Part shown: piece by piece, positions 32,220 through 42,475 of the stretch | Position numbering within the stretch: the first letter of the stretch is position 1 | Layout: each line of letters begins with the position of its first letter | NCBI GenBank assembly: GCA_017856055.1 | Contig: JAFMFP010000001.1 | Span: 17,237 to 81,236, forward strand | Direction of reading: 5' to 3' | DNA: 64,000 nt | Source: Fidelibacterota bacterium | Lineage (GTDB): Bacteria; Fidelibacterota; Marinisomatia; Marinisomatales; Marinisomataceae | The notes under the pieces: generated by a model | Seen by the model: the letters and a program-made list of their open reading frames with translations, nothing else | Told to the model about the DNA's origin: nothing | Database searches by the model: none | Program-made: the position numbers and the translations under genes

Positions 32220-32652
32220 GAGATTTTGTTTTAACGGAATGGAAAATTTTTTCTATTTCCCCAACTTCATTGATCAAAACTGATATCCTCTTAATACCCC
32301 AATATTCTCGACCATACATTTTCTTTAGGGCCCAAGCACCATAATTTTTTATCACAACACATTCAGGATCTGAAAGAATATCAAAAGGAAATTCATTTTT
32401 TTCACAAAAATTCTTTTGGGCTTTTACAGAGTCTTTGCTTATGCCAATTACATTAATTTTTTTAGACTTATAAATATCAATTTTTTCTTTGAACCCTAAT
32501 CCTTCTAAAGTGCAACCTGAAGTACTTGCCTTGGGGAAAAACCAAATTAAAACTTTCTCGCCTAAAAAAGAGGATAAAGTTACTTCCTCATTGTTTTGAT
32601 TGAGTAAGGAAAATTCTGGAGCTCTATTACCTTCTTTAATCATTACTTTCAA
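32191..32652 (-). CDS. bcp: thioredoxin-dependent peroxiredoxin Bcp
   Basis: 153 aa. APEFSL..., FFPKASTSGCTLEG (peroxidatic Cys) and an AhpC/TSA fold pattern. Confidence 0.85.
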   Translation of the reverse strand: MKVMIKEGNRAPEFSLLNQNNEEVTLSSFLGEKVLIWFFPKASTSGCTLEGLGFKEKIDIYKSKKINVIGISKDSVKAQKNFCEKNEFPFDILSDPECVVIKNYGAWALKKMYGREYWGIKRISVLINEVGEIEKIFHSVKTKSHANDVLEEF

Positions 32653-33772
32653 ATTTATTTAGATATTCTTTAGACCAATTTAAGAAAGTATTTTCTTTAA
32701 TCTGAGATTTGATTTCTTCAATTAAGTCAAAGTAGTATGAAATATTAATCAGAGTGGCAATTCTGTAGCCAAACATTTCATTAACTTTAAATAAATGTCT
32801 TAAATATGCTTTAGAGAAATTTTTTGCAAAAGAAATATTACTTTTCATATCAATAGGCTGGTGATCATTTTTGTACTTTGAATTATGAATATTTATAGTC
32901 TCATCATGAGTAAAAATTTGTCCGTTTCTTGCATTCCTAGCTGGCAAAACGCAATCAAACATATCTATGCCTCTTAAGATAGCTTTAACTAAATCTGTTG
33001 GTTTACCAACGCCCATTAAATAGCGAGGCTGATTTTTGGGCATTTCATTTCCTAAAAATTCTACAATATCGAGCATAGGTTCTTTTTTTTCTCCAACCGA
33101 TAAACCTCCAATGGCTAAACCGCATTCAGCATAGGGTAGCATTTGATCCAGACACTTTCTACGTTCTTCTAAATTTATCCCACCTTGAATTATAGGAAAC
33201 ATTATTTGCTGATGTTCATATAGAGAATTTGAACTTTTTAAATAACTAAAAGCTTCTTTAGTCCATTGTTCAGTATAGCTCGAAGCCAACCTTAATTCTT
33301 TCAAAGAACAATTTGCAGGTGGACAGTAATCAAAGGCCATAATTATATCAGAACCTAATATTCTTTGAACCTCCATAGAAGCTATTGGAGAAAAAAAATG
33401 TTTGGAGCCATCAATATGAGATTGAAAAGTAACTCCTGCTTTTTCAATTTTATTTAAATTGGATAATGAAAAGACTTGGTAGCCCCCACTATCAGTAAGG
33501 ATTGATTTATTCCAATTAATAAATTTATGAAGTCCTCCAGCTTTTTTAATAGTATCTGTACCAGGTCTCAAATAAAGATGATATGTGTTGGATAACATAA
33601 TGTTTGTGTTAAGGTCATAAAGATCATTAGGAGATAAAGTTTTTACGTTTCCATGTGTACCTACTGGCATAAAAACAGGAGTTTCAATTATTGAGTGATC
33701 AGTTTGAATTTTACAAATTCTTGCTAATGATTGAGGATCTTGATGTTGAATAGAAAATTTCAACTTTACCAA
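32636..33772 (-). CDS. tgt: tRNA-guanine transglycosylase (queuine tRNA-ribosyltransferase)
   Basis: 378 aa. ETPVFMPVGT, LTDSGGYQVFS and YLMGVGKP. TTG start; there is no upstream ATG. Confidence 0.93.
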   Translation of the reverse strand: MVKLKFSIQHQDPQSLARICKIQTDHSIIETPVFMPVGTHGNVKTLSPNDLYDLNTNIMLSNTYHLYLRPGTDTIKKAGGLHKFINWNKSILTDSGGYQVFSLSNLNKIEKAGVTFQSHIDGSKHFFSPIASMEVQRILGSDIIMAFDYCPPANCSLKELRLASSYTEQWTKEAFSYLKSSNSLYEHQQIMFPIIQGGINLEERRKCLDQMLPYAECGLAIGGLSVGEKKEPMLDIVEFLGNEMPKNQPRYLMGVGKPTDLVKAILRGIDMFDCVLPARNARNGQIFTHDETINIHNSKYKNDHQPIDMKSNISFAKNFSKAYLRHLFKVNEMFGYRIATLINISYYFDLIEEIKSQIKENTFLNWSKEYLNKFESND

Positions 33773-36700
33773 TCATATCCAAAAGAAATAATATATTGAG
33801 GTTTAGAATATCCTCCACTTGGATAAATATCCCATGCTGTATCAATTCTCATTAATGCCCATGGAGTAAATATTTTTGCTCCAATTCCAAAAGTTTTAAT
33901 TATTGCTGATGACTTTGGATCTGTCAATCCATACTTATTTTGAATAATAAGTGAATCCGATAATTCATCATTATTGTCCCATGCAGCACCTATATCAAAG
34001 AAAAGATGTCCAAAAATATTACCAAATCGTATTGGAGCTGGAAATCCAACATCAACATAATTTACAAAAGGGAACCTAAACTCTAAGTTCATAATTGCTA
34101 CATTTTTACCCACTCTTTCTCTATATAATGCACCTCTAATTGGAAAAACATATTCACTAAAATAAACATCTTCTAAGATACCAGAATTCTCAATATCAAG
34201 AATTCGATCAGCATAGTACCCATAATCATCTTGTCCCTCAGTCTGTGTATCAGAAAAAATGGTCAACTGAGAATTACCACCTAAGAAAAATTTCTGAGGT
34301 CTCTCACCTGAACTTGATCCGAACATTAATCTTGTCGCAAAACTATACTCTCTATTGATTTTAAAGTATTTACGAATATCAAATTTGTAGGTGTTAAACG
34401 AAACTGAATCATCGCCAAGCTTCGGGCTTGCTTGAAAAGTGAAATAATATCTTAGACCATCATTTGGGCCAGTATATGTATTTGATGAATTATCAAAGAC
34501 ATAGCTAAACATTGGTACAAGAGCATTTAATTTTTCAGTGTAATATGTTGAAGTTTGGTAAGTATAAATATCGAATTGTTTGATATTATATTCTACTCCT
34601 CGCAAAGTTGCACCATAATCAATCCTTGAAAACTTAGAAAAAGGATATTGAGCATAAAGTGCGACACCAAAATCTCTGAGCTGTCCATAATAATCGTATA
34701 AAAGTGAGTATCCTAAGCCGAAAGTATTGGCTTGTTGGAATAAAAGTGCATAATAGTTAGTTCTTTTTTTTAAGAAAGCATAACTCAATTGAATGTCACT
34801 ATTTTCAAAATTCATCACCAAGTTTGAGCCCAAGCTGATTCTTTGATCCCCCATTACATCACTCCAAGAGAAATAAGCTAGAGCTCTGGTTCCGAATAAG
34901 TTGTCGATCGAAGCAGAAGTAGCAACATAATCAATAGAAAAGTCAGTAATATATTTTTGTGAATCATAAGATTTAGAAATCCTTAACGAATCAGTTAAAG
35001 ACTTCGTTTCAATTAAATCTTCCTCCGATAATTCCTTATTATATTCTCTAGCAAACACATATCTAGAATAATCCTGAGAAATATTTAGGGTTTTATTATC
35101 ACTAGCAAATCTTAAATCTTCAAAGTCATCTTCATCGGAATTCTTGCTAAGATAATTTGCATTTTGAAACTCATCTAAATCAACTGGTTCAGATTTGTTC
35201 AAAAGAAACAAATCCCAGCCCCTTTTATTATAACCTGATATAACTATTTTTTCGCTAATGGGGTTATAATCAAATTGCTGGATTCCAGTTAAAACATTGG
35301 TAATAGGCTCAAATTTATTTGAATTAAGCTTATGCTGGTAAATGTTAGAAACTCCATTTTGATCTGAAGTAAAATAAATTGTGTTATTGGAAGAGAAAAT
35401 AGGAAAATCTTCGTTATAATCTGTATTGGTAACTTCTACAATATCTTTAGAATGATAGTTCAATATAAATATATCATTTTGAAAAAATGGTATTTTATCG
35501 ATAGTAGAAACATTTTCTAAAAAACTATTTCTATCTGAAGAAAAAATAATTTTTGAACCATCAGGAGACCAAGAAGGATTAGTATCTGAAAAAATATCAT
35601 TTGTCAAATTGACTAATTTTTTTGATTTAATATTATATGTATAAAGATCGCTTCGATCTTTAAAATGACCAGCAAAAAGAATAATATCTTCTTTAGGATG
35701 CCATGAAGTAGTAAAAATACCATCGAGATCAATCGGAATTTTAGTATAATCTTTTGTCTGAATATCAACAATAATTATTGCATCTTCTTTCCCACTCTTA
35801 GAAGCAAAGACAATTTTTGATCCATCAGGAGACCACGATATCCCGGGTTGAAGCCATTTTAACTCTTCAAGGTCTGGTGTAGTATTTCCTCTGATTAATA
35901 TTTCTCGTTTGGTTCCTAAAGAATTAGTAATAACTAAATCCATATATCCTGCTTTATCTGAAAAGTAAGCTATCTTACTTCCATCAGGAGAAAAAGAAGG
36001 GCTAATGTTATAAAAATTATAAGATTTGGAGCGATCTGTTATTTTGGTTCCTATACTTTCAATCTTTTCTTTAACAACAATCTCGGGCCAATACTCTTTT
36101 TTTAAATAATCATGCCAATTATCGGTCAATTGTTCAAAATCAACACCCAAAGCATTTTGAAAGCCTTTCTCAGCATTTTGAGTTCGGCGCATTTGTTGAA
36201 AAATTTCACCAATTTTTTCTCTTCCATATTTATTTGAAATATATCTCCATACAGATTGCCCACCTTTATATGCTAAAATTGAGTAATTCAGTTGTTGTAT
36301 GGATGGAAGGTTATCTTCAATAGACAAATCTCTCATTACCATTTCTGAGTTAGAATCCCAATTTACTGAAAGAAATTCAGCTAATCCCTCGTTTGCCCAG
36401 AGTGGAATTTGCAACTGAATTCTGCCGCTTATTAGTCCTTGCGCGTTTCCTCCATATGCTAAATCATTAATAGCAGCATGAACTAATTCATGATGAACTA
36501 CATGCTTATATTGTTCGTAGGATCCTTCAAAAGGAATAACTATTCTGTTTTTAAATAATTCTGTAACCCCACCAACTCCTTCTGACATATACGAATCCAC
36601 AACATTGGTTTGCTGAAAATCATTATGAGAATTATAAACGATAATCTTGATTGGTCTATTGTTATTCCACCTTAAATGTTTACCAATTTGATTTATCGAT

Positions 36701-36879
36701 TCTTCAGCAATTTTTGAGGTATAAATAGCTAAATCTTTATTGTTTCCATAATAGTAGATATTAAAATTTGGACTGACAATATACTCCCAGTCAAAATTTT
36801 TATACTGAACTTTATTTTGACCAAAATATTGACCAAAAATAACCGAAATAAATAAAATGCTTAGTGATAACTTTTTCAT
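33766..36879 (-). CDS. outer-membrane protein: Peptidase_MA-like domain + PD40/TolB-type beta-propeller + Omp85-like C-terminal beta-barrel
   Basis: 1037 aa. Signal peptide, then HELVHAAIND...WANEGLAEFLS (HExxH...EGxAE). Repeated SPDGSKI(A/V/I)(Y/F)xSD PD40 motifs. A C-terminal alternating-hydrophobic barrel ends ...YIISFGYDW. Confidence 0.75.
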   Translation of the reverse strand: MKKLSLSILFISVIFGQYFGQNKVQYKNFDWEYIVSPNFNIYYYGNNKDLAIYTSKIAEESINQIGKHLRWNNNRPIKIIVYNSHNDFQQTNVVDSYMSEGVGGVTELFKNRIVIPFEGSYEQYKHVVHHELVHAAINDLAYGGNAQGLISGRIQLQIPLWANEGLAEFLSVNWDSNSEMVMRDLSIEDNLPSIQQLNYSILAYKGGQSVWRYISNKYGREKIGEIFQQMRRTQNAEKGFQNALGVDFEQLTDNWHDYLKKEYWPEIVVKEKIESIGTKITDRSKSYNFYNISPSFSPDGSKIAYFSDKAGYMDLVITNSLGTKREILIRGNTTPDLEELKWLQPGISWSPDGSKIVFASKSGKEDAIIIVDIQTKDYTKIPIDLDGIFTTSWHPKEDIILFAGHFKDRSDLYTYNIKSKKLVNLTNDIFSDTNPSWSPDGSKIIFSSDRNSFLENVSTIDKIPFFQNDIFILNYHSKDIVEVTNTDYNEDFPIFSSNNTIYFTSDQNGVSNIYQHKLNSNKFEPITNVLTGIQQFDYNPISEKIVISGYNKRGWDLFLLNKSEPVDLDEFQNANYLSKNSDEDDFEDLRFASDNKTLNISQDYSRYVFAREYNKELSEEDLIETKSLTDSLRISKSYDSQKYITDFSIDYVATSASIDNLFGTRALAYFSWSDVMGDQRISLGSNLVMNFENSDIQLSYAFLKKRTNYYALLFQQANTFGLGYSLLYDYYGQLRDFGVALYAQYPFSKFSRIDYGATLRGVEYNIKQFDIYTYQTSTYYTEKLNALVPMFSYVFDNSSNTYTGPNDGLRYYFTFQASPKLGDDSVSFNTYKFDIRKYFKINREYSFATRLMFGSSSGERPQKFFLGGNSQLTIFSDTQTEGQDDYGYYADRILDIENSGILEDVYFSEYVFPIRGALYRERVGKNVAIMNLEFRFPFVNYVDVGFPAPIRFGNIFGHLFFDIGAAWDNNDELSDSLIIQNKYGLTDPKSSAIIKTFGIGAKIFTPWALMRIDTAWDIYPSGGYSKPQYIISFGYDW

Positions 36880-36957
36880 TTGATATTATTTTTAACTATT
36901 GATACTGAAAATTTATAACATATATTACAGAAAAATGTTCCAAATCGGAAAAAATCT

Positions 36958-37701
36958 ATGAATGAAAAAATATACTTTTTTGCAGATGTACATTTTAAAG
37001 GCACCTCTTCTGATATAGAAGACAAAAAGTTTTTAAAATTTCAACAGTTCGTTAGAAAATTAATTCAAGACAACATTAGATGTTCGGTCTACGTCATGGG
37101 AGATCTTTTTGATTATTATTTTGAGAAAAAAACATTAATTGCAAATAAAAATTATAAAAGAGTGTTTATGGAATTTGATAAACTCAGAAAACATAATATT
37201 CAACCTTACTTTATCGCAGGAAATCATGATTTCTGGATTGGAAAGGAATTTAAAAAAAATTTTATAAATTGCTTTTTAGAAGATCATGTTGTCACTATAA
37301 ATAACAAAAATTTCTATTTAACTCACGGCGATGGAATTCTTTCTTGGGATAGAAAATATAGGATATTAAAAAAAGTTATAAGAAGCCGAATATTCATAAT
37401 TTTATATTCTCTTTTGCCAGGTATTATTGCAGAGAAAATTGGTAAAACAATTTCTGAACAAAGAAAAGATTCACACAAGCTCGATGATAAGGTTCTTGAA
37501 AAAATTCAATCTGAATTAAAAAAATTTGCAGAAAGAAAATGGCAAGATGGTAATGATTGGGTAATTATGGGACATTATCATCATTTATTCCAATTTTCTA
37601 ATCATAATGGAAAAGGATTGCTAGTTCTTGGTGACTGTGATGAAATCCAGTTCAATTATGCAGTTTTTGATGGAGAAAATCTTCTAGTAGAAAAAATCTA
37701 A
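36958..37701 (+). CDS. lpxH: UDP-2,3-diacylglucosamine diphosphatase (LpxH-type metallophosphoesterase)
   Basis: 247 aa. Calcineurin-like motifs FFADVHF, MGDLFDYYF, AGNHDFW and THGDG. Confidence 0.7.
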   Translation: MNEKIYFFADVHFKGTSSDIEDKKFLKFQQFVRKLIQDNIRCSVYVMGDLFDYYFEKKTLIANKNYKRVFMEFDKLRKHNIQPYFIAGNHDFWIGKEFKKNFINCFLEDHVVTINNKNFYLTHGDGILSWDRKYRILKKVIRSRIFIILYSLLPGIIAEKIGKTISEQRKDSHKLDDKVLEKIQSELKKFAERKWQDGNDWVIMGHYHHLFQFSNHNGKGLLVLGDCDEIQFNYAVFDGENLLVEKI

Positions 37702-38630
37702 ATTTTACCGCTTATCTTTAACATAATTGCATTCTGCATATGAAGTCTATTTTCAGCTTGCTCAAAAACAACGGAATTTTTTGAATCGATAACATCACCG
37801 GTAACTTCTCGTCCTCTTTCTGCAGGCAAACAGTGCATAAATAGATAATCTGGTTTTGCACTGGAAACTAATTGAGAGTTAACCTGGTAAGAAGAAAATG
37901 ATTTTATTCTTTCATCTATCTCATCTTTTTGACCCATTGAAGCCCAGACATCTGTATATATAACGTCAGCATTCTTGACATCTTCCAATGAGTTCGAAAT
38001 CTTTACATTTGAAATTCTAGAATTTTTAGCCAATTCTACTGTAGAAGTGTCGGGATAAAATCCTTCCGGAGAAATTGAAATGAATTCTATTGGTAAAATA
38101 GAAGAAAGGCGCAACCAAGAATTCACTATATTGTTACCATCTCCAATATAAACGATTTTTAGATGATCAAAATTATTTTTTTTGAGCTCCCAAATAGTAA
38201 AAATATCAGTCAGAATCTGACAAGGATGATTGTAATCTGTTAGACCATTAATTACAGGAACAGATGCATTTTTTTCAAAATCTAAAATATCATTATGGCT
38301 GAAGACTCTTGCCATAATCATATCGTTATATCTACTAAATAATTGAGCTAAATCAGAAGCAGTTTCTCTTTTGCCCAATCCAATGTCTTGTGGAGCTAAG
38401 TAAATGGCATGACCCCCCATCCAAGAAAAACCAGTTTCAAATGAAACCCTAGTTCTTGCAGAGGGCTTTGCAAAAATCATTGCTAAGCTCAAATCTTGAA
38501 ATGGTTTATATTTTTCTTTATTTCTAAATTTATTTTTGACCTCGGATGCTATTTCAAAGAGTTCAAAAATCTCATTATTAGAAAAATCATCAACTTTAAT
38601 GCAATGTCTTAATTTCATATTTTCTTTCAT
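37698..38630 (-). CDS. argF: ornithine carbamoyltransferase
   Basis: 310 aa. KPSARTRVSFE (a variant of STRTR), HPCQ, DVWASMG and HCLPAERG. The start may be the ATG at 38618. Confidence 0.85.
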   Translation of the reverse strand: MKENMKLRHCIKVDDFSNNEIFELFEIASEVKNKFRNKEKYKPFQDLSLAMIFAKPSARTRVSFETGFSWMGGHAIYLAPQDIGLGKRETASDLAQLFSRYNDMIMARVFSHNDILDFEKNASVPVINGLTDYNHPCQILTDIFTIWELKKNNFDHLKIVYIGDGNNIVNSWLRLSSILPIEFISISPEGFYPDTSTVELAKNSRISNVKISNSLEDVKNADVIYTDVWASMGQKDEIDERIKSFSSYQVNSQLVSSAKPDYLFMHCLPAERGREVTGDVIDSKNSVVFEQAENRLHMQNAIMLKISGKI

Positions 38631-39906
38631 TAGCAGTTTTAATATTAAGTAGTTGCCTATATTTTACAATTGTTCTACGAGAAATATCATATCCTTTTTT
38701 ATCTAACTTTTCTTTTAATTGAGAATCATTATATGGGTTAGTTTTATCTTCATTGTTAATAATATAAATTAGCTCATCTTTTAGAACCTCAATAGACACC
38801 TTTTCGCCGTTTTTTATTATCCCAATTCCAAATAAATCTTTAAATGAGATTATTCCTATTGGGCTTTCCAAATACTTGTTTTTGATTGCTCGACTTACCG
38901 TAGATATATCAATCTCTAAATTTAAAGCTATATCTTCTAACTTCATTGGTGATGGATGTTTTTGAACCCCCTTTAAGTATAAATCTTGAAGTATGAGTAT
39001 TTGCTCGGTTATAATCTTTAAAATAAAAAAACGATATTGAATGCTGTCAAAGATTAATTTGGCTTTATCAATATTTTTTGAAACAAAACTAAATTCATTT
39101 TTCGAAAGTTTGTTAAGAGTTGCAGCATTCAGATATTCAGAGGAAATTTTATATTTTTGCATAATCTTATCATTCTCAACCACAACCCATTGTTGATCTT
39201 GATTTAATTGGATTAAAATATCAGGAATAATTATTTCATGATTTAAAATAGAATCTTTAAGAGGTTGTAATTCTTGAGATTTTATTAATTCAATCGCTTC
39301 AGCAAAACTTTCCGAAGTGGAATTGGTTTGAGCTTTAATATGCTTAAAGTTCTGTTTAAGAAAATCTTCATAGTGATTACAAATAATTTCAACAGATAGA
39401 TAATTTTCATCTCCAATTTGGAATAATAAATACTCTTGCAAATCTAAACACCCTAAACCTCTTGGATTTAAATTTTCTTTAATGAAATTCCTAACTGACT
39501 CCACGGTAGCTTTGGAAACATTTAAATTGTCAGCCAATAATTCAATTTCAATATCTAGAAATCCCTTATGATCTAAATTAAATAAAATATCCTTAGCAAT
39601 ATCTTTTTTCGATTCACTAAGAATTGACTCATTTATTTGTTTAATCAAAAAATCTTCTACTTCATCTTCTTGTGCAATATTACTAAAAAAAGAATCATAC
39701 TCATCCTGATTCTGAAAAAGTGAATCATAATTTTCTTTAGTAAAATTATTGAAGATTGGTATCTCCTCTAATACTGGATTTTTTTCAAGCTCCTCTTTAA
39801 AAATTGATTCAATTTCTTGATTAGAAAGCTCAAGTATATTTGATTGTAAAATTTGATTTGGAATTATTTTAAGTTTTTGACGAATTTTTGGAGAAATCTT
39901 CTTCAT
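38596..39906 (-). CDS. rpoN: RNA polymerase sigma-54 factor
   Basis: 436 aa. C-terminal RpoN box SRRTIVKYRQLLNI, HTH ISTVSRAIKNKY, and the conserved position downstream of lptB. Confidence 0.9.
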   Translation of the reverse strand: MKKISPKIRQKLKIIPNQILQSNILELSNQEIESIFKEELEKNPVLEEIPIFNNFTKENYDSLFQNQDEYDSFFSNIAQEDEVEDFLIKQINESILSESKKDIAKDILFNLDHKGFLDIEIELLADNLNVSKATVESVRNFIKENLNPRGLGCLDLQEYLLFQIGDENYLSVEIICNHYEDFLKQNFKHIKAQTNSTSESFAEAIELIKSQELQPLKDSILNHEIIIPDILIQLNQDQQWVVVENDKIMQKYKISSEYLNAATLNKLSKNEFSFVSKNIDKAKLIFDSIQYRFFILKIITEQILILQDLYLKGVQKHPSPMKLEDIALNLEIDISTVSRAIKNKYLESPIGIISFKDLFGIGIIKNGEKVSIEVLKDELIYIINNEDKTNPYNDSQLKEKLDKKGYDISRRTIVKYRQLLNIKTANERKYEIKTLH

Positions 39907-40634
39907 TAACTTAACTTAAAATTTTTTCCAAGATAAAGCCTTCTAACTTCATCATTTTTAGATAACTCTTTTGCATTTCCCGCAAAAAGTATTTTGCCAT
40001 CATTAAGTAGATACGATCTATCAGTAATAGAAAGTGTTTCACGAACATTATGATCTGTAATCAAAATTCCTATGTTTTGTTTTTTCAAAGAAATAATCAT
40101 CTGTTGTATATCTTCAACTGCAATCGGATCAACTCCAGCAAAAGGTTCATCCAAAAGCACAAAGTCTGGATTTAAAGCCAGAGTTCGAGCAATCTCAACT
40201 CTTCTTCTTTCACCACCAGATAAACTTCCGCCTAAATTTTTCCGAATAGAAGATATATTGAACTGGTCTAAAAGATTATCAATAGTGAGGTTCAATACTT
40301 TTTTTTCTGGATAAAATGGCTCCAACACAATTTTTAGGTTGTCCTCAACATTCAATTTTGTAAATATAGATGGTTCTTGCGCTAAATAACCAATCCCCAT
40401 TCTTGATCTTTGATACATTGGCTTATAGGTGATGTCTTCATCACCAAGCATGATTTTTCCGCTTGTAGGTAACACTAAACCACTAATCATATAAAATGTT
40501 GTAGTTTTGCCTGCACCATTTGGCCCGAGGAGTCCTACCACCTCCCCCTTTGAAAGCTGAATATCAACTTTTTTTACAATATTCTTTTTACCGTAATTTT
40601 TAATCAGGTTCGAAGCTGTTAAACTCTTAATCAT
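39906..40634 (-). CDS. lptB: LPS export ABC transporter ATP-binding protein LptB
   Basis: 242 aa. GPNGAGKTT and LSGGERRRVEIAR, in the context kdsC-lptC-lptB-rpoN. Confidence 0.92.
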   Translation of the reverse strand: MIKSLTASNLIKNYGKKNIVKKVDIQLSKGEVVGLLGPNGAGKTTTFYMISGLVLPTSGKIMLGDEDITYKPMYQRSRMGIGYLAQEPSIFTKLNVEDNLKIVLEPFYPEKKVLNLTIDNLLDQFNISSIRKNLGGSLSGGERRRVEIARTLALNPDFVLLDEPFAGVDPIAVEDIQQMIISLKKQNIGILITDHNVRETLSITDRSYLLNDGKILFAGNAKELSKNDEVRRLYLGKNFKLS

Positions 40635-41130
40635 TTGAAATAACTCCCTTAGGATTCTTTAACACCCAATTAGACAAATCAATATCAGACTCAAAATAAT
40701 TTCCATAAAGAGTATCTTTTGAAGTAATAAAAATAACATCTGAATCAGAAATAATTTTATTAGAAAAATTATTCCATTCCATTGTCTGACAGAAAAGAAA
40801 CTTTTCTTTGCTTCCACGAACTTGGATATTCCCGAATGCTTTTATAATATTTTTTTCTTGATCAACCAATGCTGAATCACAGCTAGTTATTGATGAGAGA
40901 ACATTACTATCAAATAAACTTATCTCAATATTTCCTCTTAATCTCATGAACCTTTCATTGTCATTATTTATTAATACATCTGATTTTACTAATGATGAAA
41001 TCTCACCCTTATCCGTTATAACAACCTCAACAGAAGAAGATTCTTGGAGATTTATGGGGTCACTCGATTGGTTTACTTCACTAATTTCAGAGCAACTGAT
41101 AAAAAATAATGCGATAATAATTAGTTTCAT
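40627..41130 (-). CDS. lptC: LptC-family LPS export periplasmic protein (predicted lipoprotein)
   Basis: 167 aa. Its position between kdsC and lptB matches lptC. OstA/LptC-like beta-jellyroll pattern (CDSALVDQEKNIIKAFGNIQV...TMEWNNFSNKIISDSDVIF). N-terminus MKLIIIALFFISCSE has a lipobox. Confidence 0.6.
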   Translation of the reverse strand: MKLIIIALFFISCSEISEVNQSSDPINLQESSSVEVVITDKGEISSLVKSDVLINNDNERFMRLRGNIEISLFDSNVLSSITSCDSALVDQEKNIIKAFGNIQVRGSKEKFLFCQTMEWNNFSNKIISDSDVIFITSKDTLYGNYFESDIDLSNWVLKNPKGVISND

Positions 41131-41660
41131 TTTAATTCATCAATTAGAGAATTTAAATGATTTTCAAAATCTCCCTTTGATTGAATAATAAGATCAATAA
41201 CTTCTCTAACTGCACCTTCACCCCCCTGTTTTTGCGTAACATAAATTGAGGCGCTTTTAACATAATCAGGTGCATTAGGCACTGAAATAGGGCATCCAAC
41301 TTTCTCTAGAATTGGTAAATCAATTATATCATCACCAATAAAACAAATCTCATTATCGTTTACATTGTATTTTTCTTTTAATTCATTGTATGCATCTATT
41401 TTTCGAATAACGCCGTTATATAATTCGTCGATTTGAAGTTGGTCAGCTCTAAGCTGAGTAGAGTAAGCTTCTCTTCCAGTAATCCAAGCAGTAATTATGT
41501 TAAGATTAAGCATTCTTAACATCACAAAACCTACACCATCTAAAGCATGAAAGATTTTTGATTCTCTACCATCTGAATCAATAATAAATTTTCCATCAGT
41601 AAGGATTCCGTCTACATCGCAAATTAACATTTTAATATTTTTTAATTTATCTAGCATCAA
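41127..41660 (-). CDS. kdsC: 3-deoxy-D-manno-octulosonate 8-phosphate phosphatase (HAD family)
   Basis: 177 aa. CDVDGILTDG and GDDIIDLP, next to kdsA. Confidence 0.88.
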   Translation of the reverse strand: MMLDKLKNIKMLICDVDGILTDGKFIIDSDGRESKIFHALDGVGFVMLRMLNLNIITAWITGREAYSTQLRADQLQIDELYNGVIRKIDAYNELKEKYNVNDNEICFIGDDIIDLPILEKVGCPISVPNAPDYVKSASIYVTQKQGGEGAVREVIDLIIQSKGDFENHLNSLIDELK

Positions 41661-42468
41661 GATATGCCTTTCTGAAAAGCAGTGCTGATTTTAAAAGATT
41701 TTCAAGTTTGTTTAAAGGCCATTGTGAGCTCGAATCACTTAAGGCTTGTGTTATATTATCGTGAACTTCTACAAATAATCCATCGCAACCTGAAGCGATA
41801 GCTGCATTAACTAAAGTAGGAATAAATTCTCTTTCTCCGCCAGTAGTACTATCCATTAAGCCAGGAGCCTGAATACTATGGCTACCATCAAAAATGACTG
41901 GATATCCAAATGACTGCATTAAAGGAATAGATTTCATATCTACAACCAACGAATCTAATCCAAAAGAAGATCCTCTTTCTGTAATTAAAATATTTTTATT
42001 TCCAGTACTTTCAATTTTCTCAATGATGTTGGAAATTTTTTTTGGAGATAAAAACTGTCCTTTTTTGACATTAATAATTTTTCCGGTTTTACCTGCAGCG
42101 ATTAGCAAATCTGTTTGTCTACACAAAAAAGCAGGGATTTGTAATATATCAACATAATCAGATATTTTCTCAGCTTGCTCAGGGGTATGGATATCAGTTA
42201 AAATTGGTAAACTATATTCTTTCTTAATTTTTTTAAAAATTTCTATTGCACTTAACAGATCTACCCCTCTATAGGAATTAATCGATGTGCGATTAGCTTT
42301 ATCGAAAGATGTCTTAAATATATAAGGGATATTGATTTTTTCAGTGATAGCTTGTATCTGTCTAGCCATCAACAAAGAGTGATCTTTACTTTCGATAACG
42401 CAAGGACCACCAATAAAGGGTAAAGAATCCTCTCCAAAAACAATAGAATTATATTTTACTTTATTCAT
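41647..42468 (-). CDS. kdsA: 2-dehydro-3-deoxyphosphooctonate aldolase (Kdo8P synthase)
   Basis: 273 aa. GGPCVIES, FKTSFDKANR and VIFDGSHS. Confidence 0.93.
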   Translation of the reverse strand: MNKVKYNSIVFGEDSLPFIGGPCVIESKDHSLLMARQIQAITEKINIPYIFKTSFDKANRTSINSYRGVDLLSAIEIFKKIKKEYSLPILTDIHTPEQAEKISDYVDILQIPAFLCRQTDLLIAAGKTGKIINVKKGQFLSPKKISNIIEKIESTGNKNILITERGSSFGLDSLVVDMKSIPLMQSFGYPVIFDGSHSIQAPGLMDSTTGGEREFIPTLVNAAIASGCDGLFVEVHDNITQALSDSSSQWPLNKLENLLKSALLFRKAYLDAR

Positions 42469-42475
42469 TATTACT

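Noticed and set aside
37698-38630. The ornithine carbamoyltransferase has SARTR instead of the canonical carbamoyl-phosphate motif STRTR. It sits alone, away from other arg genes.
   Set aside because: All other OTC signatures (HPCQ, DVWASMG, HCLPAERG) are intact. A single Thr-to-Ala change cannot be judged without an alignment. The isolated location is unremarkable in a scrambled, streamlined genome.
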